A stretch of DNA of 64,000 nucleotides from Eledone cirrhosa (taxonomy: Eukaryota), in the NCBI GenBank assembly GCA_964016885.1, contig OZ024741.1, positions 72,912,001 to 72,976,000 on the forward strand, in the 5' to 3' direction. The translations under genes and the position numbers were made by a program. How positions within the stretch are numbered: position 1 is the stretch's first letter; the number at the start of each line of letters is the position of its first letter. The notes beneath the pieces are model-generated. The model searched no databases. It saw only the letters and a list, made by a program, of their open reading frames with translations, and had not been told where the DNA came from. Positions 39,301 to 48,619 of the stretch are shown piece by piece.

Positions 39301-39758
39301 ACACAGTCCCAGCGTGCATCTAAGATCCCGTTCCAGTCGCCCACTAACACTAAAGAGCGGGACGTTCCAAGAAAGGTCTCCAGACGCCGGAAGAAATCAG
39401 GCCGCCCTGCTCCTGTCGGGGCATAGACGGCCACTAGCCTGAAAGCTTGCCCGTCTCCGCTGGTCACGTCCAGCACCACCAGCTTACCCTCTGGGTCCAG
39501 GAAGATGGCCCGTATGGCGAGATCCAAACCTCTCCGAAAAAGCACAGCAACTCCTCCACCGGATCCAGGACGGCTGGGAGATGCGTACACATCGTAGCCG
39601 CCGAAGATCGGTGCGAAGGCCCGTGCTTCGGAGATTCTGGTCTCGCTGATGGCCACTACATCTATGTTTAGTGACCTGAGGTCGTTGAGCAGGTGACCCT
39701 GCTTCCATGACGACCCCAAGCCACGCGCATTTATGCTGCCTATTCTGAGTGAGGTCAT
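36339..39758 (-). CDS. Tx1 ORF2: APE endonuclease, reverse transcriptase, C-terminal zinc knuckle (1139 aa, intact)
   Basis: SINARGL, ISET, VYAP, GDWN, SYLDR and YTDH (APE); PGLDG, QGCPLS and YADD (RT); CPRCAQGDETVLHALVQC. Confidence 0.96.
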   Translation of the reverse strand: MTSLRIGSINARGLGSSWKQGHLLNDLRSLNIDVVAISETRISEARAFAPIFGGYDVYASPSRPGSGGGVAVLFRRGLDLAIRAIFLDPEGKLVVLDVTSGDGQAFRLVAVYAPTGAGRPDFFRRLETFLGTSRSLVLVGDWNGILDARWDCVGLADRGGGCKSLTNLLRRFELSDRYRLDFPNVPMWTWTNRIGSSRSYLDRVFCREIDRSSIGCPQFKIVSYTDHKFVTCVLDLDRLHRRGPGYWKLNASLPARKAYRDRISELVKRALTGAIVNNKWWFALKRAIRIESIRFSKALAIEKNRAEGELVRKLDEALSKGIATDVLAAKLALDQFFNAKHEGCVVRARVRALRHEGTKAVQWARVAEARRGNKATIRSLVDHDGRMLLDPGQMCEAFQRHFAQLFGGSGGPGRGMDFSVYLDGLPRLSATEAKCCEKPITAAEVREAMTGCTRGKSPGLDGLPYELYVQMPDLFGGLLADVYCNWQQNGRIPSSVSRGAVALLRKDPNKGDNIDNFRPITLLNTEFKILAKVLAKRLALVVGGLVGEAQTCAIPDRSIHDNLHLMRYIVERVAREPGTGGSLINLDQSKAFDRVDHRYLAAVLRAAGFGPVFRGWIAAMHSDICSVVRVNGHLSEPFNIMRSVRQGCPLSSLLYVLTLEPLLHKLETLRGVPRELGCGRSVSAYADDVTVVVSNAKHIEAIGTTLREYEAVTGAMINQEKSVGLQLGTWRGRSMPSNSVVGRWTDGPVKLLGVWFGPDLQTDKNWDEVTSRVASLTQKWAERKLSLKGRAEVANAYIASVICYRLTVVPCPKPRLTALERLLFRFLWKGRAPMVRRSICCQHPLRGGLGMPWLMMRRHALRLRHLHLFLDGDQVWSPFARRVFPQLVSLTELQSWVKRRPRGSAWRLECLQALTALDQSGNVIGGNSTSAFYRGLVEGKSDDVLGETLGVDENQLANLFGRTFGPGPMDNFQKSLAWQCYRGALPVRDKLYRHGGAVSRACPRCAQGDETVLHALVQCPKIADLWVYVEHLLSRLGRIQLSSESIVRIAPPSSFSREGQAVFICLVAMAKEIVWWTRLKGLKTSTYLFGDALIDFFKFHLKRKIRVEKEVLSSQHFVERWVREARMARVNGPTLSIYL

Positions 39759-39793
39759 GTTTAAAATAGAGTGGAAAAGATGGGAAAGACCAC

Positions 39794-41894
39794 TTACCGT
39801 ACTTTTGGTAGAGGAGGGATGGTTTTTACATCCCTTTTCACTTGATCGTCTGGTGAAGGGACCGTTGAATCGTCCCTTCGGCTGGTCGTCGGCTCTTCTA
39901 AGAGAATGTCTGAATATACTCTTCGATTAATGGTTCCTCCTAGGTCCCTGAAATCACCAACTGCGTTGGGGAATTTCGTTTTAATGTTTGTGTATTGTTT
40001 CTGTGCTATTTTTAGCAGTCTTATGTTAGTTGGCGTTTTGATTGGTGCTGGTATTATGTAGTCCTGTTGTGAAATGTCTGTGTGTTCAATTATGTAAGTC
40101 ATTAGTTTCTTGTTGTGTGTGTTTATTGCCGTGCATTTGTTTTTCTGGGGGTGGGGTGTGGTTCTGCTATTTTCTTGTCGTTGTTGCTGGGTGTGTGTGT
40201 TTTGTTGTTGTGTTTGCGATGTTGGTGCTTGTGGTGGTGGTGTTGAAGGTGTTGTTGGCGGTGGGGTTGTTGCCGGTGGTGATGGTGGTGCTGGTGTGGG
40301 TGGTGATGGTGTTGGTGGTGTTGCTGCTGTGGGTCTCTTTGCAGTAGACTTTACCCTTTTCTCATTTCTTTCCTCCCTTTTCAAAGGCGACGATGCGCTG
40401 CTTCTGCGTTTGTGCCTTCTTGAGACCTTTTGCCATCCCTCTCCCACCTCACACTCCATGTCTGATTCTGTAAGGTCGGGGAGGGGTACCAGCTCCACTC
40501 TTTCACTTGTTGTTGTTGGTGATGTTTGCACTGGAGTCTCTGTTGCAGCTGCATTTGGTATTGCTGTTGTTGTTGTTAATATTTCCACTGCTGCTGCTGT
40601 CTTTGATTTCCGTGGAGTGGGTATGGGTGCCACGGACCTATCATTCCTGGTTGCCGCTTGTCCTGTTGCTGGTAGCCGTGGAACCGGATTCGGGAGGAGG
40701 GGGGTTTTCTCCTTTCTCATGGTCTTCTCGTTGCAGAAGGCCCTGAGGTGAGTCTTCGATCCACAGCGAAAGCATTTCGGGCGTTTGCCCTCAACACTTA
40801 TGGGCAGTTGAGTGCCGTTATCGAAGTCTATCACATCCGGGATAGCTTCGATGCACTCCTGGTTGGTTTGGATTAGCATCTCAATGGAGGAGCCGACCCA
40901 ATCTTCTCTTACTTTTTTCTGTACTTGCAGTACAGTTGTTTTGTCCTCGATTCCGACGAGGACAGACGCGGCCAGCCAAGAAGGGGTCATTCCGGGAGGG
41001 ACGTGGGTCAGTTTGACCCTCACAATTTTTTGCCCGCAGTAGGAGGGCACCAACACCATTTCCTCGCTCCTTAGGGTCACTACTGATTGGGCCTTTGCCT
41101 CCTGGGGTGTGGCAAAAAGTACGTCTACGGTGGCGTATTTTTTGCCTCGGGTGATGTGCGTTTTCCTCTGCCACACAGACCCCAAGGCTTTTTGTATTTG
41201 GGCCTCTGTGGCTCTTTCCACCCTACGGGATTTTGTACTTACTGTACGGTACGTGACCGTACAGTGCTCTTGGGTTTCGAAAAAATTTTTCGCTGCCTTG
41301 CAGATTGCTCGGTGTCCGTTCTTTGTCACCATCTTCTTCGCTTCCTCTAATTCCTCATTTGTTATGAGGATTGTTTCCAGGTTTTTCGCAATACCTGCAA
41401 ATGAGATTGGTTTTTCTCTGCTGTTGTTGTTGTCGTCAGAGCTGCTGGTACTTTTGTTGTTGCTGCAGGTACTACGACTACTGCCTCCGCCGCTGTTGCT
41501 GTGGTTGTTGTTGGTGTTGCTGCTGCTAATGCTGTTGTTGTTTATGCTGCTGGTGATGCTGTTGCGGCTGCTACTGTTGTTTTCATTGTCACTGTTGCTG
41601 TTGTTATTACGGCTGCTACTGCTATTATTCCTGACGTCAGACGAATGAACTGGGTTTTCGTATTTCCCGCACACCTGTTTCGTCGCTGTCGTCGTCGTCG
41701 TGGAGAAACCTTGCACGCTTTGCACGAGACTTTTCTTTTCTTTCGTCGCTTGCGAAAGAGAAGGTAGGGAGAGAGACACATTTAAAGAAGGGAGGGAGAG
41801 AGACAATCTTCTCTCTCCTGTAGTGATGATTGAGGAAGAAGAAGACGGAATGAGTGGGAGTGACGTATGAAATTTTTTTTTTTTTGGTAGCCAT
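39794..41894 (-). CDS. Tx1 ORF1 (RRM-like + CCHC); out of frame with its ATG only at a 13-nt homopolymer
   Basis: ATG at 41894 (MATKKK, as in sister copies); the A13 run shifts the frame; the remainder is open to 39794. Confidence 0.8.
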
Positions 41895-42107
41895 GTTTTT
41901 TTGTTTAAAATGAAATTTTGGGTACAAAACCCCAATAACTGGTTATTTAACCCCGAAGGGCCAAATAACGGACAGAAAGACCCCTCTCACGAGGAGGAGG
42001 GTGTCTTTATCAACAATTTGGTTCAAGTTTTAAACAATTTACAATTGTTTTAACGGTTAAAAATTACTATACCTTACAGAGCCGAGCCTCCGTCAACCAT
42101 GGCATTC

Positions 42108-42140
<33 letters not shown>

Positions 42141-42142
<2 letters not shown>

Positions 42143-43036
42143 GAAGAAGAAGACGCACGAGGTGGTAGAAGGTCATGAAACCGTAAGTTTTTGATTTTTA
42201 ACATTTTAAATCAATTGTGAAATAACAATTCTTAGTACAAATGTTGCATAAACCACCGAATGAAGTCCCATAAAATTTCGGATCCATATTACATTGTTAT
42301 ATCGCTCAAATATTCAATTTTGTATTATATATTTTTGGCAATATTGGTAGAGTGTCGGATGCCATGCTTTGGCGCATAGAGTTACGGCCCTTGCCATTCT
42401 GAGTTCAAATCCCGCCGAGGTTAACTTTGCCTTTCATCCTTACGAGGTCGATAAAATAAAGTACCAGTAATACACTGGGTAATTGCTGGACTTGTGCCTA
42501 ACGTAGAAACAATTATATATTTTGTATTCAAAAAACGAAAATGGTTATAAATGGAAGAAAACACCCTCTGTCTACACTATATAGAACAGCCAAATAACAG
42601 CAATTTCACCAACACCAGAAACTTGATACACCACCTATCCCATCACACTAAATATAACAGCTAGATAACGGCAATTTCACCACCACCACCATCAATCCCG
42701 GCATGATAATAATGATTACTATTATTATTGTCTCAAATTTTAACAAAATGTTTAATTCCAATTTTACGGGAATATGTCAATACAATATATATTAAACATA
42801 CGAACACAAACTCATAGATACTACATATCACAAAACCCAGTAACCACAACGCCACCGCCGCCACCACCCCATCCATCATCTTGCTACCACTATCCCATCG
42901 CCGCCGCCACCACTCCTTCATTGCTACCACCACTATTCCCCTGTTAACTTGAGAGAGAAAGGGGAAGGTGGCGTTATCACTAGACAAGGGAGAGGCTAGC
43001 AAAAGATATAAATAGATTGACTTAGTGACCTGGCCA
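42141..43036 (+). repeat. Diverged direct duplication, copy 1 (copy 2 at about 47286-48405)
   Basis: Shared blocks include GAAGAAGACGCAC, CCGTAAGTTTTTGATTTTTAAC, AATCAATTGTGAAATAACAATTCTTAGTACAAATG and GGGGAAGGTGGCG.TATCACTAGACAA. Confidence 0.85.
42336..42512 (+). mobile_element. tRNA-derived SINE (Nin/Deu-like core) with 12-bp TSD
   Basis: A box TGGCAATATTGG, B box GAGTTCAAATCC, core CCTTTCATCCTT..GGTCGATAAAATAAAGTACCAG; TSD ATTATATATTTT at 42324-42335 and 42512-42523; absent from the duplicate segment. Confidence 0.85.
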
Positions 43037-43319
43037 CCGGCCAAACGTCAACATCAACAACTATGGGACTGCTGGCTCACCCCTTCCTCACCAACAATAT
43101 AAAAAGCCCCGGCACCACCACCGACATAGCCAACAACAATAACAGGCAACTACAGCAAAAAGTATATTATATTATTGTAATGCACTGGGTGATTGCTGGC
43201 CTTGTGCCTGGGGTGGAGACAATTATTAATAATTTCATTCTTAAGCCATGCAATGCTCACATTAAGGAACCACTCATGATAATAACAATTTAAAAAAAAC
43301 AACAAAAAGAAAACCCCAT

Positions 43320-43436
43320 GACCAAGAAATCCCGGGATGGCGGCCGGCGGGGAATAGCCGTTCTCTAGGGGAGAACGACCCCTCTAGTCTTGGTTGACAC
43401 TCGTTCTAGAAGTGGTAACACGAAATGATTGCCCCT
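43320..43436 (+). ncRNA. Putative HDV-like self-cleaving ribozyme at the element 5' end
   Basis: P1 GACCAA/TTGGTT with a leading G.U pair; P3 GAC/GTC around loop CCCTCTA; P4 CACT/AGTG; CGAAA; imperfect P2 AGGGG/CCCCT. Folded by eye only. Confidence 0.45.
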
Positions 43437-43472
43437 TGGCGGATAAGGATAAAACGCGACAAAATAAAGTAA

Positions 43473-46400
43473 ATGTCTAATGATAAAATCTCATACCGGA
43501 TCGGCCGTCACCCGGGTAAAAAAGGGCCGCGTCCCTCAGAGAGGAACCAGACTGGGGTCGAAAAATCAGCTAATGGTTCAACCCTTCCCATCACTTCGGA
43601 GCTGGAGACCTCCCATAACCGGAATACTCCTACTGTTGGCCCTCCATGCTCACCACCAAGAAATCCAAAGAAAAAGAGAGAAAAATGGTCAAGGGAAGAT
43701 AATAAAGAAGTCCTTGAGGCTTTCTACACTGCCATGTACTACCCATCAAATACATCGAATACAGAACAGACATATATCAACTGGAAAAAGAAACATCCCG
43801 AAAACAGAGGCTATATTGACAGTAACAAACTAGCCAATATACGAAGAAATATAGTAAGAAAAAAGTTACTAACTGATATAGAAATTGATCAGATCAAGCT
43901 ATTAGCACAAAGTCAGCGAAGGGAAAATGAAACATGTGTCAGTGAAAACGAGGTAAACTGTAACACTTCGAACCCCAGGGTTGGGGCGGAATCACTGGCA
44001 ACAGAACAAATTAAAGAAAGGATCGAAAAAGTGGAGGGAGTGCATGCTCAGGATGAAACTCCAAATGAAAATAATGAGATCGTAAATGATAAAGAAATGA
44101 ATGAGAATGAACTTGCCAACTTTAAGGATGAAATTATGATCGAATGGATGAAAATGAAAGAATCTGACATGGGGAAACGAGACACCCACCCTAAGATCCA
44201 GAACTCCAAACAGAACCAAAAGATAATACACAAGACTAACATAATTCTCAAAAACATTATCATCACAAACAAACTAAACATTACTGATTTAAATCATCTC
44301 TATTATGCATCGGCTAAAGTCACCACTCACTTATGTGGAGTGAAGATGAAAAAACAAAGGAATTCCCACAAGAAATCTACTTGGCAAGAGAACACCAATC
44401 GCCAAATAAACCTTCTCCGATCTGACATAGAAATTTTAACAAACTATAAAGTAGGTGAACATGTTAAACAAACTAAACTTAGAAAATTGAAAAAAAAGTA
44501 CAGTATAAAATCAACATGTGACATAGACATGCTGATAGAAATAATCAAGCAAAAAGTGTCGGCCAAAGCTGCTCGTATAAGGCGCTTTGAAAAACGATCC
44601 AGATTCTATAAGGACAATAATATGTTAAAAAACAACCAAAGAAACTTCTACAGAAAAATTGGTAAGTCAACAATAACTGCTAAATCAGTACCACCCAAGG
44701 AGGAAGTGCAAGAATTCTGGGAAAGGATCTGGGACGAAGAAAAAGTTCATAACATACATGCCCCATGGATAGACAGACAAATGAAAGATACAGCTCACCT
44801 TGAGGAACAAATATGGGAAAATATAACAGTTGAACAGTTGCGCTTGGCACTAAGAAAAACCTGCAAATGGAAATCCCCAGGAAAAGACAGAATACAAAAC
44901 TTTTGGATAAATGCCTTCACAGAGTCTCATGAGCTGTTAGCCCAACTTTACAATGAAATAGTTAAGGAGCCAGAAAAGATACCATCATGGCTAGTTAACG
45001 GCATTACATTCCTGCTTCCGAAGAAGGATGAGACAAACAATCCCAAAAATTACAGACCGATAACTTGCTTGACCACAATGTATAAAATTTTAACATCAGT
45101 CCTAACTGAATACACATATGACCACCTGATAACAAATGACCTATTTCCCATTGAGCAGAAAGGGTGTAAACGAGGCTCATATGGCTGTAAGGATCAGCTT
45201 CTGGTTAACAAAATGATACTGGAAGATTGTCATAATAGACACAAAAATCTATCGATTGCTTGGATAGATTATAAAAAAGCATTCGATAGTTTGCCACACA
45301 GTTGGATTGAAAAATGTTTAGAGATTTTCAAAATATCCCCCGTTGTCAGGAGGTTTTTGTCATTCAGTATGAAGACATGGAAAGCGACACTCCTTTTGAA
45401 TAGTGAAACAAAATCACTGGAAGCTGGAGAAGTTAATATTAATTGTGGAATTTTTCAGGGTGACTCTTTATCACCGCTTTTATTCTGCATCGCACTTATA
45501 CCATTAAGTAAAATGCTCAATGAAACAAAACATGGATATAAAGTCTATGACAAAACCATTAATCACTTGTTCTACATGGATGACCTGAAACTATTTGCAA
45601 AAAATGATGAACAATTGCAAGGGCTATTATCCCCTGTGGCGCAGTTCAGTGATGACATTAAAATGGAGTTTGGACTAGATAAATGCGCCAAAGCAACGTT
45701 CACCAGAGGAAAGCTGCTGAAGAGTTCAGACATTAATCTTGATCAGGGGAACGTGATAAGAGAACTTGATCAAGAAAAAACTTACAAATATCTAGGTGTT
45801 TGTGAAGGAGACGGAATCATGCACTCGACAATGAGGGAAACGATAAGGAAGGAATGTTACCGCAGAGTAAGAGCAATCTTAAGAACGGAATTGAATGCAA
45901 GGAATAGGATCGATGCCATAAACACGCTTGCCATACCAGTAGTAACCTACAGTTACAATGTCATCAACTGGTCAAGCACAGAGATCCGTAGGCTCGATAC
46001 AAAAATTCGAAAATTCTTAACCATGCACAGAATGCATCACCCTAAGGCAGATATAGATAGAATATATCTCCCTAGGAAAGAAGGAGGACGTGGGTTAATC
46101 CAGTTAGACATTGCGTTGAAAACTGCAACAATTGGATTATCTACATATCTAAGGGAATCACATGATTGGATGATCAAACTCGTTTTGAAACACGAAAGCA
46201 CCAAAAGATCATATTCCATTACAAAAGATGCACAAAGATACAGTAATGCACTACAAATTTCAGAAGTCCCATTTACTGCTGAAATGGAAAACACAGAAAA
46301 AGCAAAGCAGGTAAAATTAACTGCAAAGAAAGAACTGCTACAGAAACTGGCTAAGAAATGGCAAGAAAAGCCTCTGTATGGAAAATACCCAGAGCGAGCT

Positions 46401-47123
46401 AACAATCCTGATGTTGACAAAACTTTAACCCATCAGTGGTTGGCGTCCTCTGGACTGAAATCGGAGACTGAAGGACTGATTATATCAGCACAAGATCAGT
46501 GTCTGCCAACAAAAAATTACCAAGCCAACATAATAAAAAATGGATGCAGCCCATTATGCCGTGTATGCAAAAAACAACCAGAGACCATTGACCATATAAT
46601 TTCAATGTGCAGTCCTATAGCTCCAACCGAATACCTAATACGGCATGACAGAGCTGCACACTACATACATTGGATAATGTGTAAGCATTTTGACCTGCCC
46701 CATCAAAAGAATTGGTGGGAGCATCAACCACCTCCCATACTTGAAAAAGATCACATCTCAATCTTGTGGAACTTTAGCATCCAAACAGACCGAAAAATAG
46801 ATGCAAATAGACCTGATATAATATTGAAGGACTTTAAAAAGAGGGTATGCCTGCTAATTGATATGTCCGTTCCAATAGACAAGAATGTATCTATAAAAAC
46901 ATTTGAAAAATTGAGCAAGTATAAGGACCTGGAGATAGAAATTGGAAAAATGTGGAAATTGAGAACTAGAACAATACCAGTGGTTGTAGGCGCTCTGGGA
47001 ATGATACCTAAGGGGTCTAACGACTACTTATCGCAAATCCCAGGAAACCCGCGTATAGGAGAAATACAAAAGATAGTACTAATGGGAACTGCCCATATAC
47101 TAAGGAAGATTCTGTCAATATAA
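43473..47123 (+). CDS. RT-RLE polyprotein of a Dong/R4-like element (1216 aa, intact)
   Basis: [56 protein letters not shown] and LIDMSVP..K.SKY. Confidence 0.95.
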   Translation: MSNDKISYRIGRHPGKKGPRPSERNQTGVEKSANGSTLPITSELETSHNRNTPTVGPPCSPPRNPKKKREKWSREDNKEVLEAFYTAMYYPSNTSNTEQTYINWKKKHPENRGYIDSNKLANIRRNIVRKKLLTDIEIDQIKLLAQSQRRENETCVSENEVNCNTSNPRVGAESLATEQIKERIEKVEGVHAQDETPNENNEIVNDKEMNENELANFKDEIMIEWMKMKESDMGKRDTHPKIQNSKQNQKIIHKTNIILKNIIITNKLNITDLNHLYYASAKVTTHLCGVKMKKQRNSHKKSTWQENTNRQINLLRSDIEILTNYKVGEHVKQTKLRKLKKKYSIKSTCDIDMLIEIIKQKVSAKAARIRRFEKRSRFYKDNNMLKNNQRNFYRKIGKSTITAKSVPPKEEVQEFWERIWDEEKVHNIHAPWIDRQMKDTAHLEEQIWENITVEQLRLALRKTCKWKSPGKDRIQNFWINAFTESHELLAQLYNEIVKEPEKIPSWLVNGITFLLPKKDETNNPKNYRPITCLTTMYKILTSVLTEYTYDHLITNDLFPIEQKGCKRGSYGCKDQLLVNKMILEDCHNRHKNLSIAWIDYKKAFDSLPHSWIEKCLEIFKISPVVRRFLSFSMKTWKATLLLNSETKSLEAGEVNINCGIFQGDSLSPLLFCIALIPLSKMLNETKHGYKVYDKTINHLFYMDDLKLFAKNDEQLQGLLSPVAQFSDDIKMEFGLDKCAKATFTRGKLLKSSDINLDQGNVIRELDQEKTYKYLGVCEGDGIMHSTMRETIRKECYRRVRAILRTELNARNRIDAINTLAIPVVTYSYNVINWSSTEIRRLDTKIRKFLTMHRMHHPKADIDRIYLPRKEGGRGLIQLDIALKTATIGLSTYLRESHDWMIKLVLKHESTKRSYSITKDAQRYSNALQISEVPFTAEMENTEKAKQVKLTAKKELLQKLAKKWQEKPLYGKYPERANNPDVDKTLTHQWLASSGLKSETEGLIISAQDQCLPTKNYQANIIKNGCSPLCRVCKKQPETIDHIISMCSPIAPTEYLIRHDRAAHYIHWIMCKHFDLPHQKNWWEHQPPPILEKDHISILWNFSIQTDRKIDANRPDIILKDFKKRVCLLIDMSVPIDKNVSIKTFEKLSKYKDLEIEIGKMWKLRTRTIPVVVGALGMIPKGSNDYLSQIPGNPRIGEIQKIVLMGTAHILRKILSI

Positions 47124-47285
47124 GTACATCACAAGTCGAAACACTAAAGATACATGTGTGAGTATGTATGTTCTTTCTTGAACATGGCGGACCTTGTTGT
47201 CTCTTGAGGTCACTGGTTGTGACTTGGTGATAACTCGTATGAACATAAAGCAAGATAAATGCAACTGTAATAATAATAATAATAA

Positions 47286-48405
47286 GGGAAGAAGACGCAC
47301 ATGGTGGATAGAAGGTTGTGAAATCGCTCCCGTAAGTTTTGATTTTTAACATATTTAAATCAATTGTGAAATAACAATTCTTAGTACAAATGATACATAA
47401 AGCATCCGGCTTAAGTCTCAGAAAAATTCCGATCCATAATATATTGTTATATCGCTCAAATATTCAATTTTGTATTATACATTTTATATTCAAAAAAAAA
47501 AATGGTTATAAATGGAAGAAAACCCCTCTGTCTACACTATATAGAACAGCCAAATAACAGCAATTTCACCAACACCAGAAACTATATACACCACCTACCC
47601 TATTACCCCTCTGTGTACACTAAATACAACAGACAAATAACGGCAATTTCAACACCACCACCACCAATCTCAGCATAATAATAATAATTACTATTATTAT
47701 TGTCTCAAGTTTTAACAAAATGTTTAATTCCAATATTAAGAAAATATGTCAACACATATACGCGACTAACCCCATAGATTCACCGATCAAACAAAAATAC
47801 AGTCTATTTAACAAAACTCACTAACGACAACGCCACACTACAGCCACCGCCGCCGCCACCCATCCATCTTTACTACCACTATCCCATCACCGCCGCCACC
47901 ACTCCTTCATTGCTACCACCGCTATCCCCCCATTACCTTCTGTTAACTTACGAAAGGGGAAGGTGGCGGTATCACTAGACAATATTAATAAACAAGATTA
48001 ATATTTAATTTTGGATCAGGAATGTTAGAGTCGAAAAGGAGAAAAATGACAAAATGACTAAATAACTAAAGATAATTTCACCACCAACACCACCACCACT
48101 ACCACGATGAAAACTCTGGTCAAGTCGACTCAACCGCTATTTCTACTCCAACTTCAACACCATCACTACAGTACTACAATCACATCACCACCACCACTGC
48201 CTCATTATCGCTACCGCCGCTATTCTCTCCCACTACCTCCTGCTAGTTGCTGCTAGCACAGCACCGCCACCACCACCACCACCACCACTGCCTCATTATC
48301 ACTACCGCCGCTATTCTCTCCCGCTACCCCCTGCTACATCGTAGTGCCCCCACTAAAAGAGGAAGGCATCAAAATATATAAATAGACTGAATTGATGACC
48401 CGGTT
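47286..48405 (+). repeat. Diverged direct duplication, copy 2
   Basis: Homologous to 42141-43036; lacks the SINE and has extra sequence near 47985-48350. Confidence 0.8.
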
Positions 48406-48619
48406 AAAATCAAAAAAACAATAATCAAAATCAAAGCAGCACAGCAACAACGAAAAACGTAAAGAAAAGAAAAATGAAGAGAAAAACAAACAGACGGACA
48501 GAGAAGGGAAGGGAAAACTAAGTCAGACATTCAAACATTACATTACAATGAAACTTATGCTTATTCATTTTTGGTTTTTTTTTCGCCTGTTTGTTTATTT
48601 GTTTATTTATGTTCGTCTA

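Larger units (their letters stand above)
36077..42107 (-). mobile_element. Full-length Tx1-clade LINE, subfamily B, near-intact
   Basis: 5'UTR, ORF1, intact ORF2 and 3'UTR; (AAT)n at 36014-36076 and 42108-42140. Confidence 0.96.
43320..47268 (+). mobile_element. Full-length R4/Dong-like RLE LINE, family A
   Basis: GC-rich 5'UTR, single intact ORF, short 3'UTR, (AAT)n tail at 47269-47285. Confidence 0.93.

Noticed and set aside
37354-39671. Recurrent antisense ORFs inside Tx1 ORF2 (for example MTDAMYAL..., MPVAVDVR...)
   Set aside because: They recur only because the copies are near-identical; they are shadow frames of GC-rich coding DNA with no recognisable domains.
36339-47123. RT genes as bacterial retron, DGR or group II intron systems
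   Set aside because: The domain orders (APE-RT-CCHC and RT-CCHC-RLE) and microsatellite tails identify eukaryotic non-LTR retrotransposons.
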